From the NCBI GenBank assembly GCA_951406725.2, contig OX597834.1, forward strand, positions 11,284,001 to 11,348,000: a DNA stretch of 64,000 bases. Reading direction: 5' to 3'. Origin of the DNA: Octopus vulgaris (taxonomy: Eukaryota). Positions 1 through 11,737 of the stretch are shown here, in pieces. The notes under the pieces are model-generated. The model searched no databases and was not told the DNA's origin. It saw nothing but the letters and a program-made list of their open reading frames with translations. The position numbers and the translations under genes were made by a program. Every line of letters starts with the position of its first letter. The stretch's first letter is position 1.

Positions 1-471
1 ATATATATGTGTATATATGTATATATATGTGTATATGTGTATATATATATATGTGTATGTATATGTATATATATATATATGTATATGTATATATGTATAT
101 GTATATATATATATGTATATATATATATGTATATATGTATATATATATACATATGTATATATATACATATGTATATATATATACATATGCATATATATAT
201 ACCTATGTATGTGTGTATATGTGTATATATGTATGTGTGTATATGTGTATATATGTATGTGTGTATATGTGTATATATGTATGTGTGTATATGTGTATAT
301 ATGTATGTGTGTATATGTGTATATATGTATATGTGTATATGTATATATATATATATATGTATATATATAGATGTAAGTATATATGTATATGTATATATTT
401 ATATATGTATATATATATATGTAAATATATATATGAATACAAACATATATGTATATATATGTGTGTATATA

Positions 472-502
<31 letters not shown>

Positions 503-552
503 TTATATATATGCACACATTCATACATACATACATACATACATGCATACAT
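1..552. repeat. (TA)n/(TG)n compound microsatellite with ~5 copies of a 24-bp unit GTATGTGTGTATATGTGTATATAT (~205-325)
   Basis: Direct reading. The ORFs at 7-737 are low-complexity IY/VC translations of this tract. Confidence 0.97.
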
Positions 553-1137
553 ACGAACACATCCAAACCATTTCTCTCCACATCTCTGTCTGTAACATCG
601 TCTGTGAGAAAATGTCGGATTTATTGTTAATTTGTAAAAAGGCTAAATTCATTTATGGAGACTCGAAATTAACTCCGAACTTTTCAACAGAAAATCATAT
701 TAAAGATTCACAATCTAATCACAGAGAATGGTTATAAGATTTCTGCCATTTACTATTTCTGAAATCCTTATATATATACCTAATAGCGACATATTATAGA
801 ATAGTTATTTTAAATTTAGTTCGTTTCGCTGGCTTTTTGTTATATTTTCTCACACGATTGTAATCTTTTTACTCTCTAATTTCTTTCTTTTGTGTTCACC
901 ACCTGTCTCTCTATCTCTCATCTTCTCTCTCTCTTTCACACACTCTTTCTCTCTCTCTCTGTTCAGCGCTCTCTGGCGTGACTTTCACTATTTTCTTTGT
1001 TTTTCCCACCTTTTCCATTATATGCTCTGCACAAGTAACCTATTCGCCAAGAACACTGTGACTAAGTAAGAAGAAATTCTATAACCAGAAAACGTTTTCG
1101 AATATCTTTTTCTAACTCTTTCCCATTTCCCTTTCAA

Positions 1138-1184
<47 letters not shown>

Positions 1185-1187
<3 letters not shown>

Positions 1188-1377
1188 CCATGATAGATCG
1201 GTGGCCACTACACGCATTTTTTTCTCTCCTTGTTTTATTTTGTGTCTGTGTCGCTCTCTGTAGAAGAGCGTAGGCTCGAAACGTGAAGGAATTTTTCTAT
1301 CCCTCAGCGTTATAATAATACATCTTTTTGTTTCGTACACCACCTGTCTTCGTCTTTTGTTTTTTCGTAAACTCTTC

Positions 1378-1380
<3 letters not shown>
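1185..1380 (+). mobile_element. Family A: ~200-bp non-autonomous TA-embedded element with a hammerhead-like core (Penelope-like/retrozyme-like)
   Basis: Homologous to 39825-40001(+), 45633-45806(+) and 50503-50707(-), each bordered by (TA)n. Core CTGTAGA-A-GAGC-GTAG-GCTC-GAAA-CG at 1258-1283. Confidence 0.8.
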
Positions 1381-1440
<60 letters not shown>

Positions 1441-1442
<2 letters not shown>

Positions 1443-1541
1443 GATAATAAAGGGTTATTTGCAACAAGTTGCTTAAACCACATACCGAAAATATTAGAAA
1501 TAGCAGCCAAATAGTTTACCATTACTATTACTACAAAAATA

Positions 1542-1542
<1 letters not shown>
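1441..1542 (-). mobile_element. Short TA-embedded fragment related to the terminus of the element at 23213-23693
   Basis: AAGGGTT..GCAAC..TTGC..CCACA.ACCGAA..TTAGAAATAGCAG.CAAA is shared with ~23324-23380. (TA)n on both sides. Confidence 0.5.
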
Positions 1543-1578
<36 letters not shown>

Positions 1579-2233
1579 GGTTTGGAGATGATGTACATGT
1601 ACTATATATTAGAAGAAATGAGGTATTCAAAAATTTGGATGGTTTTATATTTACAGATATTTATTAGTATGTTACATGTTTTTATAAATCCTATATCATA
1701 TAATAGCGCTTTCGTCTACTCTAGTGGAGTGTTCAAATTCAATATATATACATATATATGCATTAATGAATAAATATGTGCATATATATGTGTGTGCGTG
1801 TGTGAATATGTATGTATATATATGCTAAGGTATTAGTATACATTAATGTATATATGTGTATTTATATATGTATGCACTTATTAATTGTATATATGTACTT
1901 AAGATATATAGTGTGCAATTTGCTTGGTGACTGGTTCAGCATAAAAGCACTCAGTTCAATTGGCGGTAAATATCATTTAACAAACAGTGGTGTTATACGT
2001 GAAATATTTCAAGTGCAGTGTTCTGGAAAATACAGTTTTCTGACAAGCTTGTATAGCATATTGTGCACGATCCAGCATTTGTCCAGGCTTATATACCATG
2101 ACTAAGTAAGAAAATATAAGGAATAACCCTGTCTCATTTACCCATAGAACATTTCTTATCGTGGTTTCTCTTTTATTTTCATGTACTTCATTATGGTGCA
2201 GCCGAATACAAAAGCAGACATTGAACAATTACA

Positions 2234-3258
2234 TTATATTTCGACATAGTCTCCTTGCTCTTCGATACACTGCTTCCAGCGGTCTATAATCGTGATTCCA
2301 TTACAGAAGATTTGCGCTGATTCTGCAACTAATTATGTACCGCTTCCTGGAGTTCTACGACTGTAGAAGATTGCCGACTCGGTAAAAGATGTTTAAGCGG
2401 TAGGAGGAGGTTATAGTCGAGACAAGTACTAGACTCCATGTAGAGTATTCCACCAGCAAGTCGAAATCCTATTTCAATTGTTTCAACCGGGTGGCAAGCC
2501 GTATATAAACGTGCATTACCATGCAACATTAACATTCGATATTACAATAGACTTCGGCATTTGGTGCGGATTGCTAATTTCCGTTTATTGGTTACCATTT
2601 TATTGTAGGCCACGGTTGTGTCTGCAGACACTTTTTACGTGTAATTTTCCTGTATAGGCCCCCTTTTTTGTTTGTACCACATATCAGTTAGCATGACTTT
2701 TTCTGCAGAAGTTTCAGTCTTGAATTCCTTTCTTAATGGCGATACCGGGAGATACCACTTGATAGCTTGCCTTTTGGATTCTGGTCCAAAGAATTATCTT
2801 CTGTGATTCTCAAAGCAAAACAAAAAGAAAACAAAGCTTTGCCTTCAACATTGTTGTGATTGAGAAAATGTTGACAGCTTTATTGATGCATATTTCGCTC
2901 AGTCTTTACGGAAGCTAAGATTGTCGAGGATGATTCTATATGAAGAACCAGGACTAATTTGCAGAAAACATGCTTCCTACTCGTTCGTCTGTTCATCAGA
3001 CCCATTACTCGAGCTTGTTGAAACTTCACATCAGTGTTGGGTGTTGATGGGTGTCCTGCTCCCTCTTCATGCTTCACGCTTGTCCGACCATTTTGAATTT
3101 GTCGATCTGCTCATACAAACAACTACGCGGTAGAGATATGGCCCTGTATTGAACTCATAGCCCACGAAATATTTCAGCGCTGACGCACCTTCAGGCTAGA
3201 AAAATCGAATTATAGATCTCTGTTCTTCTTTGGTGCGCACTGCTAGAGGGGCGGCCAT
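2234..3258 (-). pseudogene. Degenerate mariner (DD34D-type) transposase
   Basis: N-terminus MAAPLAVRTKEEQRSIIRFF, LHGNARLY (LHDNARPH motif) and C-terminal GDYVEI*. Broken by stops and frameshifts. Confidence 0.85.
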
Positions 3259-3322
3259 GTTTAATTTTTTTATCACAAGAGAGAAAACTGTAGCGATCAA
3301 GGTTAAACCCTGATAAACCGCC

Positions 3323-3785
3323 CACCAACAAGCTAGGAGAGCAAATCTGATAAAGACAAAAATTAACAAAGTTGAGTAAGACAGCAAATATAGAATATGG
3401 AGAAGGTGAAGAAAGTATTGGTTATCTCTTGAACATGAACAAAATAAAAATAAAGAATATAAGCGCAGGCTGGACTACATCGGTAAAGGAGTGTTTGGAG
3501 TTAGATGAGTGAGTGGTTTCAAAATTATAGAAAAATGGTCTGAACACAAATCAGAACCTTTCGTAGAAAAGGAGAATTATAGGATTTTAAGAGACCTCGC
3601 CATAAGGACTGACCATACTGTTGGGGCAAGAGGATCAGATATGGATATAGAGGACAAAATAGATTATAGAAGACAAAATAGATTATTGATTATAGAGGGC
3701 AAAATAACCAAAGTTCATAGATTTGCACTTCCCTGTGATTACAGAGTTGACACCAAATAAATTGGAAAAATGAGAAATATCAAAG
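3323..3785 (+). mobile_element. Non-LTR retrotransposon 3' fragment with restriction-like endonuclease (R4/Dong/NeSL-like), copy 1
   Basis: ORF 3509-3760 DLAIRTDHTVGARGSDMDIEDK...FALPCDYRVDTK resembles the RLE motif WDF.IQTDH...ARRPDI...IDFAVP.D.RV. Confidence 0.7.
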
Positions 3786-3904
3786 ATCTTAAGCGCTTCA
3801 CCTTTTAACACGCTACCTCTGAAGGCGGTGCAGCTAGCTGAACGAAATTTTTGGTGAAAAGACATATTTGACCCCCCCCCCCCCCATATACACATGTGCA
3901 CAAA

Positions 3905-4590
3905 TTACCACACGAATACTTGTTTTGGTCCTCCACAGACTATTTCTCTGGCTTTGATATTTCTCATTTTTTCAAGTTATTATGTGTCAACTCTGTAATC
4001 ACAGGGATGTGCAAATCTATGAACTTTGGTTATTTTGCCCTCTATTTTGTCTTCTATATCCATATCTGATCCTCTTGCCCCAACAGTATGGTCAGTCCTT
4101 ATGGCGAAGTCTCTTAAAATCCTATAATTATCCTTTTCTACGAAAGGTTCTGATTTGTGTTCAGACCATTTTTCTATCATTTTGAAACCACTCACTCATC
4201 TAACCCCAAACACTCTTTTACCGATACAGTCCGGCCTGCGCTTATACTCTTTATTTTGTTCATGTTCGATTGATGACCAATACTTTCTTCACCTCCTTCT
4301 TCTGAATATTCTACATTCGCTGTCTTACTGAACTTTGTTAATTTTTGTCTTTAACAGATTCGCTCTCATAGCTTGTTGGTGAGCGGTTCTAATCACTATT
4401 TCGGTAACAGGTTTTGGGTTCTTGCCCATCAACCAGCGCCACCTTTCTTTACTTTCAGCATTCTCGATTTGCTTGCATGACTTGACTATATAATTTCATC
4501 TCTTTCCATTTGTTTGCCTTGTTCTTTCTTCTCTCTTTGAATTCTTCTTCAGTTTCAGCCACTATTTGGGCACATGTAGCTGCCAATAGA
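3905..4590 (-). mobile_element. Same RLE-type LINE fragment, inverted copy 2 (longer, probably continuing to ~5460 beyond two SINEs)
   Basis: ORF 3980-4195(-) is nearly identical to 3509-3760(+). 3953-4382 is the reverse complement of 3323-3785. Confidence 0.7.
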
Positions 4591-4600
4591 ATTCTTTATT

Positions 4601-4822
4601 CTGGCAGAAGCGTTAGCATGCCGAGAGAAATACTTAGCGACATTTCATCTGCCGTTACGTTCTGAGTTCAAATTCCGCCGAGGTCGACTTTGCCTTTCAT
4701 CCTTTCGGGATCGATAAATTAAGTACCAGTTACACAATAGGGTAGATATAATCGACTTAATACCTTTGTATGTCCTTATTTGTTCCCTCTATGTTTAGCC
4801 CCTTGTGGGCAATAAAGAAATA
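4601..4822 (+). mobile_element. SINE family 1 (tRNA head plus Meta/Sauria-like central domain)
   Basis: B-box-like GAGTTCAAATTCC, core GTCGACTTTGCCTTTCATCCTTTCGGGGTCGATAAA, tail GCCCCTTGTGGG.AATAAAGAAATA. TSD AGAATTC(T/A)TTATTCTG at 4588-4603 and 4823-4838. Confidence 0.92.
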
Positions 4823-4866
4823 AGAATTCATTATTCTGCATAACATAATGTTTTAATCTTAATATC

Positions 4867-5099
4867 TGTTTCTTTATTACCCGCAAGGGGCTAAACATAG
4901 AGGGGACAAACAAGAAAAGACAAACGGATTAAGTCGATTACATCGACCCCAGTGCATAACTGGTACTTAATTTATCGACCCCGAAAGGATGAACGGCAAA
5001 GTCGACCTCGGCGGAATTTGAACTCAGAACGTAGCGACGGGCGAAATACCGCGAAGCACTTCGCCCGGCGTGCTAAAATCTCTGCCAGCTCGCCGCCTT
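4867..5099 (-). mobile_element. SINE family 1, full length
   Basis: Reverse complement of the family consensus. TSD TTTAATCTTAATATC on both sides. Confidence 0.92.
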
Positions 5100-5475
5100 T
5101 TAATCTTAATATCGTGGAGCTAACGCTGTCTTTTGCGTTTAGTAGTCCTCGGTCACTTTCCTTTCTTGATAGGGAGAGTCTGTCGGCATTATTTTAGGGC
5201 ATCATGCGTTGTGTACTGAGAGCAGTTTTATGATTCTTTCCAATTTCTGCTGCTCGACATTTTCTTTTTCAGAAATGGAGCAGAGTATGCCAATACTAGC
5301 ATAGCTTTTATATTTATTGCTTTAATGGTATTCCCAGATTTAATTTTGTTTCGAACACCTTCCTCTTGTCCTCTCATTTTCCTTTCCGTTTTCCTTTCGT
5401 CTTCAGTATCTCTAACTTTTTGTATAGCTCATTATATCTATGGATCGAATGATATTGTCTTGTAATTTTTATTTA

Positions 5476-5857
5476 GTGGAGGCGCAATGGCCCAGTGGTT
5501 AGGGCAGCGGACTCGCGATCATAGGATCGCGGTTTCGATTCCAAGACCGGGCGTTGTGAGTGTTTATTGAGCGAAAACACCTAAAAGCTCCACGAGGCTC
5601 CGGCAGGGGATGGTCGTGATCCCTGCTGTACTCTTTCACCACAACTTTCTCTCACTCTTACTTCCTGTTTCTGTTGTACCTGTATTTTCAAGGGGTCGGC
5701 CTTGTCACTCTCTGTGTCACGCTGAATATCCCCGAGAACTACGTTAAGGGTACACGTGTCTGTGGAGTGCTCAGCCACTTACACGTTAATTTCACGAGTA
5801 GGCTGTTCCGTTGATCGGATCAACCGGAACCCTCGTCGTCGTAACCGACGGAATGCT
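5476..5857 (+). mobile_element. SINE family 3 (tRNA-derived), full length
   Basis: A box TGGCCCAGTGG, B-box-like GGTTTCGATTCC, 3' end GGAACCCTCGTCGTCGTAACCGACGG. TTGTAATTTTT flanks both sides. Homologous to 56901-57169(-). Confidence 0.9.
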
Positions 5858-6029
5858 TCCAACTTGTAATTTTTGTCATTATTACCTCCGCCTCAGCGAA
5901 GGTAGAGGAATGTTTTCAGTCTTGTTTGTTTGTGGACAAGATATCTCAAGAACGATTGGATGGATCAGGATGAAACTTCCAGGAATTCTTGACCTCGTGA
6001 CTGGGATGAACTAATTAGATTTTGGGATC

Positions 6030-8162
6030 TATTTCTTTTATTACCCACAAGGGGCTACATACAGAATAATCCAATTACAAGACAAACATATACAATGACA
6101 AACTCGGAGAACTTAAAATACAAAAGAAGATGAAATAAGAATAGAAAAAATTAAAAGAAACGAATGGTAATATGAAAAGAATATAAAATGAGGCGCAATG
6201 CCCACTCGATCCCTGAAATCGAGTAGTTACACTTCGACTGTTTTTTTTAATTCTTTTTCATATAATGAATGCACATTTCTATTGTCTTTTTTTTTTATCT
6301 TCACATTTTACACACAGTTTCATCTCTTAAGTCTAATTTTTTCAACTCTTGATATTCGATTTCCGAGAGTCGAATCTCAGGTAATAAAAAATACTTGTCT
6401 CAAAATTTTGCTATTTCAGCAATTTCTTTTTCAAATTTGTAATACTTTATTTTTCAAAAGCTATCAAAATCCCCACCCCCTATCGTCTACAGCAAAATTG
6501 TCTTCCGGCAACTTCACTTTCCCCAGTTTCCTTATTTTCGCAACTATTCTTTCCACTTCCTCATCTTCTTCGTATATAACCAAGACACCGTGAAATTTAC
6601 CTCGATCCAAACTTTGCTTTCCTTTTTTCGCTCTTTTGTACATTCTCAGTCTCGCATCCTTCCTTACCTTTCCTTCGTTCTACTGACTCCTCTTTTTCTT
6701 TCGATTTTTTTCCTTTTTTTTTTGGGGGGGGGGGTGCTGACCCCACCGTTACTTTCCTCCCCACTTTTCTTTTTCTTTTTGTCTTTCCGGGTAAAATCCT
6801 ACTCTTCTTCTATTTTTTCTTCCTCCGTTTGTATTTTTTCCTCAATTTTATTTTCCTCTCTTTGTAGTTGCTCCTTTGTTTGTGATTCCATCAATTATTT
6901 TCGTTGTTCCTTTTCCCTTTTTGTTATGTGAGAATTCGTATAAGGGGCACTCGGTCCTTATATGGCCTCTCACTCCGCCTATGTAACAATTTGTCTTACT
7001 GTCTCTCTACCACCACATTCAATGTATTCTCTTCCTCAATTTCAAACTGGTAGGGGAATCTTTCTATGTCTTCAAATGTGGCAACCAGCCACATTTCGAC
7101 ACCTTACCCCAATCAATTTAACTTATCTCTCTTTCCTATGGATCCCAGCGTAGGGTTGTCCTCTGTTGAAAACCAGAACAGCTGCAACCAACCACTCTGT
7201 CTTGATTTCTTGGCGGCATTATTCTTGATATCCTTATTCTAACACTGCGTTTTCCCCTGTAGTTACGCTATTTTCTCTGTTCTCAGAATTGTGACAGAAT
7301 GTGAAGCTGCCTCTTCCATTGTGGCAAACCCCGCCTCCACCGTACCAAATCTTTGGATCTTTTGGGTTTGAACGGCAGTTTTTCTAGCGGTGTCATATGA
7401 AATTGTCACCCATAATTATGACCCTACTATCGATCTATTGTATTTCAATCTATTTTAGGGTGAGGGTTAGTTAGAGTTAGGGTTAGGGGTGGAAGGAAGG
7501 GTATCTTTTTTCTACACAAATGTAAATAAACCCAATCTGTTTCTTAAACGAGGGACATATTCATACGGCACATAATGTTTTCTACCTCAATGGACGTCAG
7601 TGATTGGTTGAAATTGCAGAAAAAAACAAAATATCTTACAAACTATAGAATTTTCTCAATAAAGTCAAGAGAAAAAGATGCTTTATAAACACATTCTACC
7701 AGTATACGAAGTTTAAAATATTTTAGTTACCTAGAAATTATGTTAAAAACTACCGTTCAAACCGAAAAGATCCGAATCTTTTTCCTCTGCTAATATACGT
7801 TACCTTTTTAACAATTTCACCCAGGCACTCCTCAATTTCTTCCTCTGTTACTCTCTCTATCCTTTTGGTGGCAACCTCTTGTGTCCTGTAAATTACTGTT
7901 TTGCAACTTTTATCTTCTGTAGTCTCTTTTGTGGGGAATCAATTTGATGTTATCTCCCTCCCTTCTTAGAAACTGTTCACTTCTCAAAATTTCTTCTTTG
8001 TCCACATTAATTGGCCTTGCTTCTAGTGACACTATGTTACCCTTTTCACCCAAAATGGAGAAAAAGGAACAGCAAATGCAACAATACTAACAAACTTCGC
8101 CTTCGTCAAACGATAATTCACTAATAATTCACAATAATTCACTAAATCAACACGCAGCACTG
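6030..8162 (-). mobile_element. Non-autonomous LINE derivative: 5' UTR, decayed gag-like ORF1 with zinc knuckle, and a SINE-family-1-type 3' tail
   Basis: 16-bp TSD (6014-6029 / 8163-8178, 15/16). Minus-strand 6947-6988 encodes CYIGGVRGHIRTEC (CX2CX4HX4C with C2>G). The 3' end TAGCCCCTTGTGGGTAATAAAAGAAATA matches the SINE-1 tail. Confidence 0.7.
7355..7773. mobile_element. MITE with ~28-bp TIRs and an 8-bp TSD
   Basis: TIRs GGATCTTTTGGGTTTGAACGGCAGTTTT / AAAACTACCGTTCAAACCGAAAAGATCC. TSD AAATCTTT/GAATCTTT. Internal TTAGGG-like repeats at ~7453-7490. Confidence 0.88.
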
Positions 8163-8568
8163 ATTAGATATTGGGATCGATCCGGTACCGGGCAAGGATT
8201 CTGGATGATCTTTCCAGCTCTTTTACTTAATTTTTGAGAGCGGCCGGGTTCATTCTTAGTATTCTCGTTTGCGAGAGCAGTCGAGTTCATTTCAGATATT
8301 CTCATTTTAACAATCATCTCCGGTTAATTGTTGACAGAACGTTTGTGTTGCCTTGGCGGAGCTTTGCGCGCTCTGAGTGCCCTTGTTAACATTATCTTTT
8401 TATCAGTTGCTTTCACGAGAATATTTGGACTTCACCTTTAATCGTTTCTGTCCCTGTTTTACCCGTGTAAACTAGCGTCAGTCTGTAGCAGGCGATCAAT
8501 GTGCAATTATTACCTGAGCATAAGTATCATGTTTAGCTTAAGACAACAAGATCATCTTTTATATTACA

Positions 8569-8930
8569 CTAGCAGTATCGCCCGGCGTTGCTCGGGTTTG
8601 TAACGGAAATAACTATATAAGCATTTTTAGAGATGTAAAGTATAATAGCCATCTCAATATGGCTAACCACAAAGGGGGGGTGTTACTGTAGCTTTTTACA
8701 GAGTTACTTCCCTTATATAAACCGAGCGAAAATGCATTAAAAATACGGAAAAATTATGGTAATTTTTTTTTAATCGTAGACTCATCGTAGACGCGCGCTA
8801 ATACCCAGAAGGGCTCGATATGAATCACAACTATAAGATACCCGGTTTTGGTTACACTGCACCGCAAAATGTGGGAATAGTTAGGAATCTAAATCGTAGG
8901 AGACAGACACACAACTTCATTTTTATATTA
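8569..8930 (-). mobile_element. Non-autonomous Helitron, subfamily 1
   Basis: Minus-strand 3' end CCCGAGCAACGCCGGG hairpin plus CTAG|T. Homologous to 40592-40988. Confidence 0.85.
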
Positions 8931-9119
8931 CATTCCCAGGTAAATGGAGTATAAACCATTTTCAGGCTCTCTTTAACGCAAACCACGAGAGCTGTATCTC
9001 TTTTATCTGTGCTATTTCTAGCAAGATAATCTGGCGCAGTGTCTCTGTCTTTCTGTTGGGCATTTCTCCTATTTTCTTTCATTCTTGGGGCTTGCTTATA
9101 TTAAAGAACCCTTATATTG

Positions 9120-9352
9120 AGGCGGCGAACTGGCAGAATCGTCAGCACGTCGGGCGAAATGCTTAGCGGGATTTCATCTGCCGCTCCGTTCTGAGTTCAA
9201 ATTTCACCGGAGGTCGACTTTGCCTTTCATCCTTTCGGGGTCGATAAATAAAGTAACAGTTTCGCCCTTGGGTCGATGTAATCGACTTAATCCCTTTGTC
9301 TGTCCTTGTTTGTCCCCTCTATGTTTAGCCCCTTGTGGGCAATAAAGAAATA
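9120..9352 (+). mobile_element. SINE family 1, full length
   Basis: Matches the family consensus from GGCGGCGAACTGGCAG to AATAAAGAAATA. Confidence 0.92.
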
Positions 9353-9970
9353 TATATATTGAGGAGCCCTTTATACTGAAAGTATTTTCTACCAATGACG
9401 AGGTGATGTTGTTGATGCGGTTACTGTAGTTTGCAGCGTTACCTAGATTTATTTCTTTTCATTGCAATTAATATTTTTCAACTTATTTTGATTTTTATTT
9501 TACACTTCTAATTGTTTATGCTTCAAGCTGTGTCTGTTTCCTTCATTTTAATATTGTTTTATAGAGCCATTTAGATTTTTAGCTATAATTGGTTCGTGTT
9601 TGTTTACAGTTTAAGACTACAGTATTACTGGCCTTAGTGAGAAATCCTTGCCGTGATTTTAGCGTCGTTTCGGACCAAAAGTACAAAAACTCAAATATCT
9701 GCAGTAAAAAGTAACAATTTGTCAAATAAAATTTCATCAAATATTTATTGCAACCTCAGGATACTGGGGAAAACTTCCAAATACCCGGAAGCTATTTATG
9801 TTTCTAGTTACGCCATTTCTACCAACAAACCCCCTAAGAACTCACTATCGAAACATTTGGGAATTTACACACATAGGCATACACACACATACACACAAAA
9901 AGCACAGGCAAAATTATACACATATATATATATATGTCTCTGTGTGTATGTATGTATATCTGTATGTTTG

Positions 9971-9971
<1 letters not shown>

Positions 9972-10021
<50 letters not shown>

Positions 10022-10052
10022 GTGGATAGATAGATAGATGGATGGATAGGTG

Positions 10053-10091
<39 letters not shown>

Positions 10092-10155
10092 GGATGGATA
10101 GGTGGATAGATAGATAGATGGATGAATGGATAGGTGGACATATAGATAGATAGGT
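9972..10155. repeat. (GATA)n/(GGAT)n tetranucleotide tract
   Basis: Direct reading. Confidence 0.97.
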
Positions 10156-11581
10156 GATAAACGAAGTGTATGGGAAAAGCAATCGAATATATTGAAGCCG
10201 TTCAAATAACTGGAATAGAAAGCAAGTACAAATGATTGACATCAACCCACGGACACAGGCATGCGCATCAGCTATGCCGGGAGAATCAGAAGCAAACCAG
10301 TTACTGACCAGTTTCCGCTCTGATAACCAACTGAAAACTGAGTACTTGGAAATCATTCGTTAGTATTTCTAGATTTTTATGAGCCCTCATGATTTGTGTG
10401 TTGATAAACTGCTGCTGATGTGGGATTTAAAAAATGCCAATCATATAAGGACCATTGGTCCTACCATCTTCTCTCCAATCAGTATGTTATTTGGTTTGTC
10501 CTATTTTACTGTTACCATTAACCTAAGTTCTTTCTTCTAATTTTCATAGTTCTACTACTTCGAGGTGTGGAGGAATTTTCAGAAAAGCTTGCAGACGCCT
10601 TCTTACTTTGAACCCTATTCTCTTTCATATTTTCTCCACGCCTTTTCTTTTTACTCTCCCCAAGGGTATTCCAGCATTCTATCGCTTCTATATCCTTCTT
10701 TAGGGCAAAACAGCAGAGTTACTACGCGCAATTTTGTAAATGTCATCTAACAACTAGTTACCCGAAAGAAAAAGAAGACGAAAAGCAAAGCAATATGGAA
10801 GGTGGAAGCAAACGGAGTAACAGTTGCAAGCACGAGAATTAACGCTTCTGGCCACCATTACTATGACGCAACAATGAATTACTGTATGAGGAATCGATTA
10901 TGTTGTTGATTGTAGCCTCTGGTCGAAATTCTTCAGAGTCAAGAAACACACCAATTCCTTAATAATCGTTGATTCTACTTATTTGCGTTATGCAGGATGA
11001 GGCAACATGCCTGGCTTCCAGTTCTTCATAGATCTGAGCTATAAAATGTCATAGTAATGACAAGAGGTGCTAATTCTGGGGGCTGTAAATTGTTAAACTT
11101 TCTGCTCCTATGTTCGGCGGCCATTTTCCATTTTTGTTTTGCTTTCGTCTTATTTCAGGTAAATGATTGTCAAATTGCCTTTACAGACGCTTGTTTTGTA
11201 AATCCATCCTTTTTCACAGAACCAAACACTAGGTTGACTAACCTTTCTTTGCGTTTCTTTAATGCTGTATCTCTTCACCATAATTGTCATCGAAATCATC
11301 AGGACATGGTCGCCTAAAGGTTCATTATGTGTATATCGCGATCGCACCATCGTTGAACCTAATGTTGCATGTGTTTGCCAAGAAACCAAACTCGAATATT
11401 AAGGCCAATATCTCAGGTTGTGAACATTCTTTCTCTGAGAACCATGTAGTACTCCCGCTTCCAATAGGATAGCTTATAATACAGTCACTTTACTTATGCC
11501 CTCCATTGAGTCTCTAGCATTATATTTAATATATGCTTGCATTTGCTTATTCTTCAAGCTAAAACGCGGTAAGAGCCTCCC

Positions 11582-11737
11582 GTTCAAATTCCGCCGAGGT
11601 CAACTTTACCTTTCATCCTTTCGGGGTCGATTAAATAAGTACCAGTTACGCACTGGGTCGATATAATCGACTTAACCCGTTTGTCTGTCCTTGTTTGTCC
11701 CCTTTTCTTTTAGCCCCTTGTGGGTAGTAAAGAAATA
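11582..11737 (+). mobile_element. SINE family 1, 5'-truncated
   Basis: Core domain and tail are present. Confidence 0.88.

Larger units (their letters stand above)
5879..8388 (+). mobile_element. Helentron/DINE-1-like non-autonomous element split into 5879-6029 and 8163-8388 by a 2.1-kb insertion
   Basis: 5' ATTACCTCCGCC and 3' GGCGGAG..GCGCGCTCTGAGTGC subterminal inverted repeat/hairpin. The halves rejoin across a duplicated ATTAGAT(T/A)TTGGGATC. Confidence 0.6.

Noticed and set aside
7453-7490. True telomere or chromosome fusion scar
   Set aside because: Short degenerate tract lying inside a MITE.
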